From positions 75,863 through 139,862 of the forward strand of contig JAHIUU010000007.1 in NCBI GenBank assembly GCA_018817025.1: a DNA stretch of 64,000 bases, written 5' to 3'. Below are positions 37,264 to 46,866 of the stretch, one piece after another. The stretch is from Candidatus Babelota bacterium (GTDB lineage Bacteria > Babelota > Babeliae > Babelales > JAHIUU01). The position numbers and the translations under genes were made by a program. The notes under the pieces were generated by a model. The model was not told the origin of the DNA. It did no database searches and saw only the letters and a list, made by a program, of their open reading frames with translations. Every line of letters starts with the position of its first letter. Position 1 is the first letter of the stretch.

Positions 37264-37380
37264 ATTGCGCGATCGCCTAGGGCTTCCCTACAGGGGCCCC
37301 CCAACCCCATTTCTACCCCAACCTTACCATTCCTGAACATGTCGATTACCTCCCGCCAGTCTTCTCCCTATGAAGTGGCA

Positions 37381-37422
37381 AAATAAAAGAGCCGCCACTT
37401 AATTGTGGTGGCTCTTTTATTT
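37381..37422. terminator. Intrinsic terminator, probably bidirectional
   Basis: aaataaaagagccgccac-ttaatt-gtggtggctcttttattt. Confidence 0.8.
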
Positions 37423-37475
37423 GTGTGTAATTGGTTTAGGGTTTGGCCTTGCGAACCAGAAGGCTTCTGTCTCGC

Positions 37476-37929
37476 TTAAGTGGCCAAGATTTGTTCTTTT
37501 GGGTATTGGTTTTTCTCAAGGCATTCATCAATAAATGCAAGCAATGTTTTTGCTCCCATCAGCTTATCTGTCTCCGTGACGATTTCTGGACTATAAATTT
37601 GCCAAGGACTATGGGCCCAACTGCTCCAGTGCCATATCATGTGCCACAGGCTGAGTAATTCCCCTGGAAACAAGATCTGCTTCCAAAAGCTCATGCTGAA
37701 CGAAACACATATCATTTATTGTAGCTTCTCCAGTTTTCAAGCGCTCCAAAGCGATTTTATTTAAACAAACGTCCAAAGTATCGATATTTTCTAGATGTCT
37801 TTCTATTATAGCAATCTCTTTCTTCGTAACAATAACATTGCAATTGGTTACGAGATTCGATTGTTCACATATCTTCCCCGTCCTACCGCCACCGCAACCA
37901 CCCCCCATCGCAGGGCGGTTGTCTTGCAT
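37476..37929 (-). pseudogene. Possible frameshifted hypothetical gene (two overlapping ORFs)
   Basis: ORF 37609-37929 stops while protein-like sequence continues in another frame to 37476, followed by a terminator. Confidence 0.35.
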
Positions 37930-37996
37930 AGTGGGCGATTCTCTTGTTTTTTAATTTTGTTTTGCGAGATACTTGGTAAAAAATAGGAGAATAGCG

Positions 37997-38998
37997 ATGG
38001 ATCTCGTAATAATTTCATGCGCCCTAGGGGTCGTTTTTGGGTTGCTTGGTTTATGGTGGTCGAGTGATAAGTCGGTCGAACACGCTCTTGATTTGTCTAG
38101 CATCTTAGGAATAACGACATTTTTTGTCGGTTTTGTGTTCATGGCGATGGCGACCGGTTTTCCAGAGCTTGCTGTTGCGATTGCGTCTTTGTGGAAAGGG
38201 GTTCCCGGAGTCGCAGTTGGTGCCATCGTTGGCTCGAATTTAATTGATGTATCGCTTGTTCTAGGTCTTCCTGCGGTTATGCTAGGAACGCTTAATGTCA
38301 AAACAGAAGAAAAGCTTCCCTTGATGCTTATGCTGGTGATAGCGGCATTGGTTATGGCGCTGGTTTTTGTTATAGGGGTCCTAAGTCCCTGGCACGGGGT
38401 TATCTTGTTGCTTTTATATGTTGCTAGCATCTGGTGGCTTTGGAGATCGAGGGCGGTCAAGGTTGTGCCCGAAGAGGTAGCGATTGAAGCGTTGAGCGCT
38501 GAAGAAGTATTAACGAGAAAAAGATTCTGGAAGACCAGAATGAAAGTTATTGGGAAGTTGCTTTTTAGTTTGTCGCTTGTGGTTGCATTTTCAAAGCTAT
38601 CGGTTGATTGTGCTGTTGTAATTGCTCATCACTTTGCGCTCAGTATTCAGACAATTGGCGTGACTGTTTTTGCGGTTGGGACGTCTTTGCCAGAACTAGC
38701 ACTTAGTTTTCAGGCGGTTCGAAGAAAAGAGTACTCGCTTGCTTTTGGAAATTCGTTTGGTTCTGTACTTGAACAAGCGACACTGATTCTTGGTTTTTTG
38801 GCGATCGGGGCTGCAAGGCCGCTCGACTTGAGAATGTTGAGGCCGGTTGCGCCGCTTATGTTTTTATCGTATGCGATTGTTGTCCATAGTCTAATGAAAA
38901 AAACAAAGGTTGGATGTCAAGAAGGGCTAGGCCGAAAAGAAGGCCTAGCCCTTTTGTTGCTATTTGTCGTACACGTTTTGTACTTTTTGTTTTTTTAA
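37997..38998 (+). CDS. Sodium:calcium antiporter (CaCA/YrbG family)
   Basis: Two alpha repeats (MATGFPEL...GSN and VGTSLPEL...GNSFGS); AGGAG RBS. Confidence 0.92.
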   Translation: MDLVIISCALGVVFGLLGLWWSSDKSVEHALDLSSILGITTFFVGFVFMAMATGFPELAVAIASLWKGVPGVAVGAIVGSNLIDVSLVLGLPAVMLGTLNVKTEEKLPLMLMLVIAALVMALVFVIGVLSPWHGVILLLLYVASIWWLWRSRAVKVVPEEVAIEALSAEEVLTRKRFWKTRMKVIGKLLFSLSLVVAFSKLSVDCAVVIAHHFALSIQTIGVTVFAVGTSLPELALSFQAVRRKEYSLAFGNSFGSVLEQATLILGFLAIGAARPLDLRMLRPVAPLMFLSYAIVVHSLMKKTKVGCQEGLGRKEGLALLLLFVVHVLYFLFF

Positions 38999-39579
38999 GT
39001 GAGTGTTAACTCTCCAGACTTTTTCTTTTGCATAGAGTCTATTTTACCTATGAATTCATCGGTGACTTTTTGCAGGGTATCGTTAAGCCTGCGAGCAAAA
39101 TCTTCCGAGATTCCGTGTTTTTTCTCTGTGTCCCTGATTTGGTTATGATACTCTTTGCGAATGTTTCGAATGCCAATTCGACCGTCTTCTGCTTTTTTGC
39201 CAAGCTCCTTAACCATTTCTTCTCGTCGAGCGGCGCTCATTTGAGGGAGTTGAAGGCGAATTACCTCTCCGTCGTTAATTGGGGTGACGCCAAAGTTTGA
39301 CGTCAACAAGCCTTTTTCGATGTCATGGATAATGCTCTTGTCCCAAGGTTGAATGGTAATCAGTCTTGCATCTGGGATAGATATGGTTGCAAGATTTTTA
39401 ATTGGCATGGTTTGGCCATAGCACTCAACAGGAATGTTTTCGACAAGAGCGGACGACGCCCGACCGGTTCTTATTGTTGAAAGCTCTTTTTCGAAGTGTC
39501 CTATCGGTTTGGTCATCTTTTCTTTGAGTATTGCTTCGAAGCTTCTCGTGTCCCCTTCTGCAAAAACAAATGGTTCCAT
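38995..39579 (-). CDS. frr: Ribosome recycling factor
   Basis: IRTGRAS, IQPWD, NDG, IRNIR, ISED, LQKVTD. Confidence 0.97.
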   Translation of the reverse strand: MEPFVFAEGDTRSFEAILKEKMTKPIGHFEKELSTIRTGRASSALVENIPVECYGQTMPIKNLATISIPDARLITIQPWDKSIIHDIEKGLLTSNFGVTPINDGEVIRLQLPQMSAARREEMVKELGKKAEDGRIGIRNIRKEYHNQIRDTEKKHGISEDFARRLNDTLQKVTDEFIGKIDSMQKKKSGELTLT

Positions 39580-39626
39580 GGGTTTACTGCTCCTTGGTTA
39601 CGTTTAAAGAAACTTGCTATTTTATT

Positions 39627-40340
39627 CTACTGTATTCTACTTCCGAAGTCAGGATTTTCAAGTGCTTTGTGAAGTGCGTTCGGGGTGAAAAGATTGAAAA
39701 CTCTTATCGGAATATTGTGTTCTTGGGCAAGGGTGATTGCCGTCTTATCCATAACAGTTAGTTTTTTATCAAGCACCTCTTGATAGCTGATTGTTTTGTA
39801 AAACTTGCTGTCTGGGTGTATGAGTGGATCGTCCGCATAAATACCATCAACTTTTGTTGCTTTCCATACCTCATCAGCCCCGAGCTGAAGAGCTCGCAGG
39901 ACTGCGTTTGTGTCGGTAGTGAAGAATGGGTTGCCTGTTCCGCCAACAAAAATAATACATTTGTGTTGCATGAATGCATTGTCGATTGAGTTTTGACTGA
40001 GTGGCAGTGCAATACTTGGGCATGAAAAGGCGCTGAGTAGTGAGGAAGGAACGTTTGCTTGTGATAGGAGGTCTTGAAGGACAACTCCGTTAACGATTGT
40101 TGAGAGCATGCCAACGTTATGTGCCGATGTTTTTTCAAGGCCAAGACTGTGGTTGGTGATTGCCCCTCGAAAGAAGTTTCCGCCACCGATGACGAGTCCT
40201 ACGTGGTGTTGTGCATTGAGGGTTTTGATTTGTTGAATAATATTGTTTATTTGTTTGATTTTTAAAGAGGGAGACTGTTTTTGTCCTTCGCGTTCATACG
40301 AAAACAGTTCCCCCGTTAATTTTATTAAAAGAACTTTCAT
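39627..40340 (-). CDS. pyrH: UMP kinase
   Basis: KLTGE, GGGNFFRG, GTGNPFFTTD, KVDGIY, VMD. Confidence 0.97.
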   Translation of the reverse strand: MKVLLIKLTGELFSYEREGQKQSPSLKIKQINNIIQQIKTLNAQHHVGLVIGGGNFFRGAITNHSLGLEKTSAHNVGMLSTIVNGVVLQDLLSQANVPSSLLSAFSCPSIALPLSQNSIDNAFMQHKCIIFVGGTGNPFFTTDTNAVLRALQLGADEVWKATKVDGIYADDPLIHPDSKFYKTISYQEVLDKKLTVMDKTAITLAQEHNIPIRVFNLFTPNALHKALENPDFGSRIQ

Positions 40341-40342
40341 GC

Positions 40343-41230
40343 TTATTTGCCGATTGCGAAACGCTTGAATTGCTTGATTGTGATGGTGCAGCCGGCTTTT
40401 TTGGCGACGTCGTTCATATGTTGTTCGACGGAGAGTTTGTCTTGTTTAATATATTTTTGCTTGATCAGGCAGACCTCTTCGTAAAATTTGTTCATCTTGC
40501 CAACCATGATTTTATCGATCATCTGCTCAGGCTTGCCGGTAGATTTCAGTTGCTCAGCAATAATACACTTTTCTTTTTCGATTGTTTCTTGGTTGACTTG
40601 TGATGGGTCGATGGTGAGTGGGTTGCTGACGGCGATTTGCATGCAAATGTCTCGTGATAGCTGTACAAGAATTTCTTTGTTTGCATCGTCTAAACCTTTG
40701 ACCTCGAGTTCTATCATTGTCCCTAGGGTTGCTCCTGGATGGATGTAGGCATTGACGAAGCCGTTCGCTTCAGGGCTGAATCGTGCGCATTGTGAGATTT
40801 TTATATTTTCTGCGATTTTGGCGACAAGCTCGTTGAGCATTGTTTTGACGAGTTTATCGCCGAGTTTTTGTTCGATAAGACATGCTGGTTCGCACCATTT
40901 GTTTGAGCATAGGGAGGTTTTTGCGAGATGTTCGCAAACGGTGTTCGCGAATGTCTTCATGTCGCTGGTATTTGCAGAGAAATCTGTTTCGCAGCCGATC
41001 TCGAGGAGGGCGCCTGTTTTATGATCTGGAGTGATGTAGGCAGCCACGGTACCGTTGTTCGTTGCATGTTCAGCTCGCTTTGCAGCGACGGACGCGCCTT
41101 TTTTGCGTAAAATTTCGATAGCTTTTTCGATGTCTCCCTCGGCAAGGATAAGTGCTTTTTTGCAGTCCATCATGCCTACCTGCGTTTTCTCCCGTAATTC
41201 TTTCACTAGTTCCATGGTTATTTTTGCCAT
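40343..41230 (-). CDS. tsf: Elongation factor Ts
   Basis: VKELREKT, GMMDCKKAL, CETDF, ENI, YIH, MQIA. Confidence 0.97.
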   Translation of the reverse strand: MAKITMELVKELREKTQVGMMDCKKALILAEGDIEKAIEILRKKGASVAAKRAEHATNNGTVAAYITPDHKTGALLEIGCETDFSANTSDMKTFANTVCEHLAKTSLCSNKWCEPACLIEQKLGDKLVKTMLNELVAKIAENIKISQCARFSPEANGFVNAYIHPGATLGTMIELEVKGLDDANKEILVQLSRDICMQIAVSNPLTIDPSQVNQETIEKEKCIIAEQLKSTGKPEQMIDKIMVGKMNKFYEEVCLIKQKYIKQDKLSVEQHMNDVAKKAGCTITIKQFKRFAIGK

Positions 41231-41338
41231 CAAAGTACTCCTGTGTCGATTCTTGATTATTGATTGTTGCTATAACAGCCCAATATACCCTTAAGGGTGC
41301 CAGAAAATGTCAATTTTACAACATGTTACACTTATTTT

Positions 41339-41367
41339 TTGACAAATTTCCTGTCAGAATTTACGCT
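41339..41367 (+). promoter_or_regulatory. Putative sigma70 promoter of the rpmF-plsX operon
   Basis: TTGACA-N17-TACGCT; a TGACA-N7-TGTCA inverted repeat overlaps the -35. Confidence 0.55.
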
Positions 41368-41409
41368 TATTGACGTTATTTTTATCTTATTACTAAATCG
41401 GAGTTTGCT

Positions 41410-41697
41410 ATGCCAGTACCAAAACGTAAAACATCTAAATCTCGCCGAGATAAGCGTTCTGCGAATAAGGGATTAAAAGTTAAGTCTATAGCAGTATGTC
41501 AGTCTTGTCAGGCGCCTGTTGTGCCGCATAAAGTTTGTTCTGAGTGTGGCAAATATAAGGGTGTTAAGGTCCTTAGAACGAAGACCGACCGCATGCACGA
41601 GCGTGGTCAGGTTCGTCGAGAATTAGAAGCGAAACGCCAAGGGCAGGACGTTGCCTCTGAGACGGCGGTGGTTCCGGAAGGTGCGAAAAACGAATAA
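41410..41697 (+). CDS. rpmF: 50S ribosomal protein L32 (zinc-binding type, C-terminally extended)
   Basis: MPVPKRKTSKSRRDKR, CQSC...PHKVCSECGKY. Confidence 0.96.
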   Translation: MPVPKRKTSKSRRDKRSANKGLKVKSIAVCQSCQAPVVPHKVCSECGKYKGVKVLRTKTDRMHERGQVRRELEAKRQGQDVASETAVVPEGAKNE

Positions 41698-41707
41698 GGA
41701 GCCTCAG

Positions 41708-42631
41708 GTGATTGCGATCGACGCAATGGGTGGAGATTTTGCTCCCGAGGCTGTGCTGGAAGGAAGCCTGCGTTACGTAAAGGCGACCTGCACTCCCGTC
41801 TGTCTATTCGGCCCGCAGGATGAGCTGCGCCGCGTGTTGGATCAGCTCGATTCTGGCTGGGAACAGTACCCCATTTCTATTATGAATGCCCCTCAAATTA
41901 TTTCTATGGGCCAAGAGCCGGTGCAAGCGGTTCGGTTGATGCCTGATTCATCGTTGGTTCGGGCCGTGGCGTCGGTACGAGACGGAGATTGTAGGGTGGC
42001 TCTTTCGGCGGGCAATTCTGGGGCGATGATGGCGGCGGCGCTTTTTTTGATAGGGCGAAATAAGGGGGTTGAGAGGCCGGCGCTTGTTGGCCTTTTGCCA
42101 GGAGCATCTGGTGCGACGGTCTGTCTGGATCTTGGTGCCAACGCAGATTGTAAGGCTAATAATCTCTATCAGTTTGCTCATCTTGGTGTACAATACGCGC
42201 AGGATTTTCTTGATAGAGATCGCGATGACATAACGGTTGGGTTGTTGTCGAATGGGGAGGAGCCGGGGAAGGGATCGCTTGTTACAAAAGAGGCTTTTGC
42301 TTTGTTGCAAAAGTCTTTTCTCAATTTTGTTGGTAATGTTGAGCCGCAGCATGTGCTTGCAGGTAAGGTTGACGTTGTTGTCAGTGATGGCTTTGCTGGC
42401 AATGTGTTACTCAAAACATTTGAGGCAACCGTTTGGCTTTGCGGCAAAAAGAAAGAGCATTCTTTTGGCAAGAGTGGTGGCGCATTGTTGCTTGGTGTGA
42501 AAAAGCCGGTGGTCATTGTGCATGGAAATGCGTCCGTGTCTGACATTGAGAAAGCAATTAGGTTTGCCCAAAAAATTTCGTTGGTTAATGTTGAATCGTA
42601 TACTATTGAACCTATGGTACCGAATAGGTAA
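41708..42631 (+). CDS. plsX: Phosphate acyltransferase PlsX
   Basis: GTG start with AAGGAG RBS; IAIDAMGGDFAP, SAGNSGA, LDLGAN, NGEEPGKG, DGFAGNVLLK. Confidence 0.96.
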   Translation: MIAIDAMGGDFAPEAVLEGSLRYVKATCTPVCLFGPQDELRRVLDQLDSGWEQYPISIMNAPQIISMGQEPVQAVRLMPDSSLVRAVASVRDGDCRVALSAGNSGAMMAAALFLIGRNKGVERPALVGLLPGASGATVCLDLGANADCKANNLYQFAHLGVQYAQDFLDRDRDDITVGLLSNGEEPGKGSLVTKEAFALLQKSFLNFVGNVEPQHVLAGKVDVVVSDGFAGNVLLKTFEATVWLCGKKKEHSFGKSGGALLLGVKKPVVIVHGNASVSDIEKAIRFAQKISLVNVESYTIEPMVPNR

Positions 42632-42645
42632 CGGAGGAGAGAGCT

Positions 42646-43359
42646 ATGAAAAAAGATTTGATTAAGATGATAAAAGAGTATCAGAATTACTTACTGGTCG
42701 CCATTGGCGTTACGATGCTTTTGGTAGGAGGTACTTACGGATATTCATATTATAAGGTAAGCCGCGAAGAGCGGGCTTACCGGGCGATGGTTACGGCATT
42801 TGAATATTTTGATGCGCCGATAAAGAGTGGTGAAGCAAAAGAGAAAGACCTTAGTTTTCTTGGGAAAAAAGAGTTTTCGAGTGCGAATGAGAAGTGGGAA
42901 AAAGTTGCGTTGGTTTTCAAAAAAGCGTATGAAGACCATGGAAACAGTGGTATAGCTCCGTTTTTTCTAGCGTTTCAGGTTGAGGCCCTAATAAATCTAG
43001 GTAATATTCCTGAGGCGATCAAGTTGCTTCGTGAGGTTATTAGGTTGTTAACCAACAAAGAAAGCAAAGATTACTATCAGAGCAAGCTTGCGCTCTTGTT
43101 AACCGATACGAAAAATGACAAGAACATTCAAGAGGGTCTTGCCATGCTTAAAAAGATTGCTCTAGATGATGAAAGCGTGGCGCACGATCTTTCGTTGTTT
43201 CATTTAGGAAATTACTATTGGTGTCATAAGCAGTTTACAGAGGCGCGAAATTATTGGAACCAGCTGGTGCTCAAGTATGGAAAAGACGAAAAATATGCGT
43301 CGCCGTGGGTGTCTGCCGCGATGAGTCGACTTCGGTTGATCGATAGTGATGCAGAGTAA
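42646..43359 (+). CDS. Membrane-anchored TPR protein (YfgM-like)
   Basis: Single N-terminal TM then TPR-like helices. Confidence 0.75.
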   Translation: MKKDLIKMIKEYQNYLLVAIGVTMLLVGGTYGYSYYKVSREERAYRAMVTAFEYFDAPIKSGEAKEKDLSFLGKKEFSSANEKWEKVALVFKKAYEDHGNSGIAPFFLAFQVEALINLGNIPEAIKLLREVIRLLTNKESKDYYQSKLALLLTDTKNDKNIQEGLAMLKKIALDDESVAHDLSLFHLGNYYWCHKQFTEARNYWNQLVLKYGKDEKYASPWVSAAMSRLRLIDSDAE

Positions 43360-44762
43360 TGGGCATGAGAGTTCGTTTTGCGCCGTCACCAACTGGGCAT
43401 CTGCATATTGGAGGGGCGCGTACCGCCATTTTTAATTGGTTGTTTGCGCGCCACAACAACGGGGTTTTTTTGGTTCGAGTCGAAGATACTGATGTTGAGC
43501 GATCCAAGCAGGAATATGTCGATTCAATTCTAGAGTCTCTTAAGTGGCTTCATCTTACTCCAGATGAACCGCTAACGTTTCAACTTTCTCGTATTGAAGA
43601 GCACAAACAATTGATTAATCAATTGTTAGAAAAGGGATTAGTATATCCATGTTTTTGCGAACCTAAAGATGTCGAAGATCGCTTAAAAGATTTCAAGAAG
43701 GGTATTGCTGAAAAATACGACGGTACTTGTCGTGATAAGTCGTACACGCCTAAAGACCTCAAAAAGCCCCATGCCATTCGATTCAAACTTCCAGAAAGAG
43801 AGAAAATCTCGTTTAAAGATCTTATCCGTGGGACTGTAACGTTTGATATCGATCAGCTAGATGATTTTGTTATTTTGCGTCGCGATGGTGTCCCGACCTA
43901 TAATTTTTGTGTTGTTGTTGACGATATTTTCATGAAGATTTCTCATGTTATTCGTGGTGAAGACCACATCTCAAATACCCCGAAACAACTGCTTATCTAT
44001 GATGCCCTAGGGGCCGAGCCCCCAATCTTTGCCCATCTACCACTTATTTTGGGTTCTTCTGGTGGAAAGCTGAGCAAGCGGGACGCGGCGGTTTCTGTTG
44101 TTGAGTATAAAAATCAGGGTTTTTTGCCAGAAGCCCTTTTTAACTACCTGGTTCGACTTGGTTGGGCACACGGCGATCAAGAGGTTTTTTCCAAACAGGA
44201 AATGATTGATTTTTTCTCGCTCGACAAGGTCGGAAAAAAGGGGGCTATTTTTGACACAAAGAAATTATTATGGCTGAATGGTATCTATATACGCAATTTG
44301 AAGTTTAATGAGTTTGCAAAGGCAGCGGCTGAGGCAATAAATGACAAATTGAAAAAGTTGACAGCGGTCTGGAAAGAGGATATGTTGGGGCAACTCTTTG
44401 AGTTGTATAAGGAGCGAGCGACGACGATGTGTGAGTTGGTTGACAACATGATTTCGTTTGCGCATGCGCCGGAGCATCTTGATGTTGGTCTTATAAAAAA
44501 ATGGGTCTCCCCTCAGACGAAGACGTTGTTGTTCGAGTTCGTGAAAGGGATGGATGAAATGGAGGAACATACTCATGAAAATCTTATTGCGTTAGCGCGT
44601 CATATTTGTGAATTGTCTGGGGTGAAGTTGGTTGCCTTAGCACAGCCCTTACGGCTGGCTTTGACCGGCTCTACGCATAGCCCAGGTGTGTTTGAGCTCA
44701 TGGAGGTCCTCGGTTGCGAGGAGAGTAAAAAGCGCGTGAAGCAATTGGTCGGGGGGCTTTAG
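43359..44762 (+). CDS. gltX: Glutamate--tRNA ligase
   Basis: RFAPSPTGHLHIGG, RGEDH, KLSKR, LRLALTG. Confidence 0.97.
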   Translation: MGMRVRFAPSPTGHLHIGGARTAIFNWLFARHNNGVFLVRVEDTDVERSKQEYVDSILESLKWLHLTPDEPLTFQLSRIEEHKQLINQLLEKGLVYPCFCEPKDVEDRLKDFKKGIAEKYDGTCRDKSYTPKDLKKPHAIRFKLPEREKISFKDLIRGTVTFDIDQLDDFVILRRDGVPTYNFCVVVDDIFMKISHVIRGEDHISNTPKQLLIYDALGAEPPIFAHLPLILGSSGGKLSKRDAAVSVVEYKNQGFLPEALFNYLVRLGWAHGDQEVFSKQEMIDFFSLDKVGKKGAIFDTKKLLWLNGIYIRNLKFNEFAKAAAEAINDKLKKLTAVWKEDMLGQLFELYKERATTMCELVDNMISFAHAPEHLDVGLIKKWVSPQTKTLLFEFVKGMDEMEEHTHENLIALARHICELSGVKLVALAQPLRLALTGSTHSPGVFELMEVLGCEESKKRVKQLVGGL

Positions 44763-44814
44763 AATAAAATAAATAGAGATTTTCTCTTTGTGTTACATGG
44801 GAGGTTGGAACATT

Positions 44815-45825
44815 ATGAGAATAGGTATGATATTTCCAGGTCAAGGATCACAGTTCCTTGGCATGGGCAAAAATCTATATGATCAAGAAAGAATAATTCA
44901 AGAACATTTTGAGCTAGCGTCAAGCTGTTTGGACACAAACTTTGTTCGGCTCTGCTTTGCTTCGTCAGAGAGAGAGCTGCGGGAAGTTGCAAATACCCAG
45001 ACCGCGATTTTTTTGGTTAGCGCTTCGATTGCCGCTTTATTGAAAGAAAAGTATGGGATTGTTCCAGATCTTGTTGCAGGACATAGTTTAGGAGAGTATT
45101 CAGCGATTCATGTTGCTGGTGGTATCTCATTTCAAGATGCGATCTATCTTCTGAAAAAACGTTCTGAGTTTATGGATTCGGCGGTTAAGTCTCAAGAGGG
45201 CGGTATGCTTGCGACGCTCAAGTTTCCTGAGAATAAATTACAATTAATTTGTGAGCAGTACGACCGACCGGAGACATTAGACTATGTTGCTGAGGTTGCA
45301 AACTATAACTCCCCGTCTCAGGTTGTTGTGTCTGGTACGCTGCCTGAACTGCGAGGGGTAAAGCGTGACGTCGAGGCACTTGGTGGGAAGGCGATCATGC
45401 TTAATGTTGCCGGTGCATTTCATTCTCGTATGCTTGCTCAAGCAGAAAAGCAGTATTCTGTTTATCTCTTGAAAGCAGACTTTCGGCCGCTTGAGATTCC
45501 GTTGGCGAACAATATTGCTGGTAAATTAGTTTGGAGTCCGAAAAGCATTAAAGATTCTCTCGTGAAGCAGACCAGTTCGCATATCTATTGGTGGAAAGCG
45601 ATGGGGTACTTTCGCAAGATGGATGTTATTGTTGAGGTTGGACCAGGGACCAAGTTTGGAAAGATGATCAAGCGTGAGTGGCCAGAAAAAGTTGTAATCT
45701 CGATTAATGAACAGGAAGATATTAACAAATTGTTACAGTTGTTAGGGCGGCCGGTGCCAGAACCTACTTATGACCATGAGTGCGATCATGAGTCAAGACC
45801 CGCGGTTCAGCAGGCTAGTTTATAA
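44815..45825 (+). CDS. fabD: Malonyl-CoA:ACP transacylase
   Basis: FPGQGSQ, GHSLGEY, NYNSPSQ, GAFHS, EVGPG. Confidence 0.96.
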   Translation: MRIGMIFPGQGSQFLGMGKNLYDQERIIQEHFELASSCLDTNFVRLCFASSERELREVANTQTAIFLVSASIAALLKEKYGIVPDLVAGHSLGEYSAIHVAGGISFQDAIYLLKKRSEFMDSAVKSQEGGMLATLKFPENKLQLICEQYDRPETLDYVAEVANYNSPSQVVVSGTLPELRGVKRDVEALGGKAIMLNVAGAFHSRMLAQAEKQYSVYLLKADFRPLEIPLANNIAGKLVWSPKSIKDSLVKQTSSHIYWWKAMGYFRKMDVIVEVGPGTKFGKMIKREWPEKVVISINEQEDINKLLQLLGRPVPEPTYDHECDHESRPAVQQASL

Positions 45826-45851
45826 CGATACAATATTACGTAGGAGTTTTG

Positions 45852-46538
45852 ATGAACGCAGTAGTGACCGGTGGGGCACGAGGGATTGGACGAGCGATTG
45901 TTGAAGAGCTTGTGTCTCGTGGTGACACCGTTTTTATATTCGATTGTTCGCCCCCAGAAGATAATTTGGGGGCTTCTTTTATTCAGGTGGATATTTCTTC
46001 ACTTGAGTCAATTCGCGAAGGATTCGAAAAAATTAACGGGCCTATCGACATACTTGTTAACAATGCTGGTATTGCACGAGACATGCTTGCGGTTCGCTTG
46101 CGCGAGGCTGACTGGGATGCGGTGCTTGATGTAAATCTTAAAGGCGCATTTTTTTGCGCGCAGCAAGCGCTTAAGCGTATGATGAAACAGAAAAAAAGTT
46201 ATATCATCAATATCAGTTCCGTCGTTGGTGTGGTTGGTAATCCTGGGCAGATTAATTATGCGGCAAGCAAAGCAGGGTTGATTGCGGTAACGAAAACGCT
46301 CGCGAAAGAGTACGCAGCGCGTAACGTGTTAGTTAACGCTATAGCTCCTGGATTTATTCAGACGTCTATGACAGAAAAGCTTTCCGATAAAGTTAAGCAG
46401 GAAGCGTTAACCCATATTCCACTTAATCGATTTGGTACCCCTCAAGATGTTGCCAAAGTCGTTTCTTTTCTTACATCAGGTAATGCTGATTATCTTACAG
46501 GCCAGGTACTTCACGTTGACGGTGGCATGGTTGTATAA
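45852..46538 (+). CDS. fabG: 3-oxoacyl-ACP reductase
   Basis: TGGARGIG, NNAGI, NYAASKAG, APGFI, VDGGM; located in the fab cluster. Confidence 0.96.
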   Translation: MNAVVTGGARGIGRAIVEELVSRGDTVFIFDCSPPEDNLGASFIQVDISSLESIREGFEKINGPIDILVNNAGIARDMLAVRLREADWDAVLDVNLKGAFFCAQQALKRMMKQKKSYIINISSVVGVVGNPGQINYAASKAGLIAVTKTLAKEYAARNVLVNAIAPGFIQTSMTEKLSDKVKQEALTHIPLNRFGTPQDVAKVVSFLTSGNADYLTGQVLHVDGGMVV

Positions 46539-46614
46539 ATCCTGGAAAAAAATAGCATCTACGCTATTCTAATGCTTTGGTTTCTTTTAGAATTGCTTTT
46601 TATAGGAGAAGAAG

Positions 46615-46863
46615 ATGGCATTTGCGCAAGAAGATACGATGCAAAAAGTCAAGATGGTTATTGTTGAGAAGTTGAGCGTTCCTGAAGAAAACGTCAAAGC
46701 GGAGTCGACGCTTAAAGATCTTGGGGCAGACTCGCTTGATATTGTTGAAATGATCATGAGATTTGAAGAGGTTTTCGGTGTTGAAGTAAAAGATGAGGAC
46801 GCCGAAAAAATCAAAACGGTTCAGGAAGCAGCTGATTACTTACACGGCGCTCGCACAAAGTAA
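46615..46863 (+). CDS. acpP: Acyl carrier protein
   Basis: DLGADSLDIVE phosphopantetheine site. Confidence 0.97.
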   Translation: MAFAQEDTMQKVKMVIVEKLSVPEENVKAESTLKDLGADSLDIVEMIMRFEEVFGVEVKDEDAEKIKTVQEAADYLHGARTK

Positions 46864-46866
46864 GTT

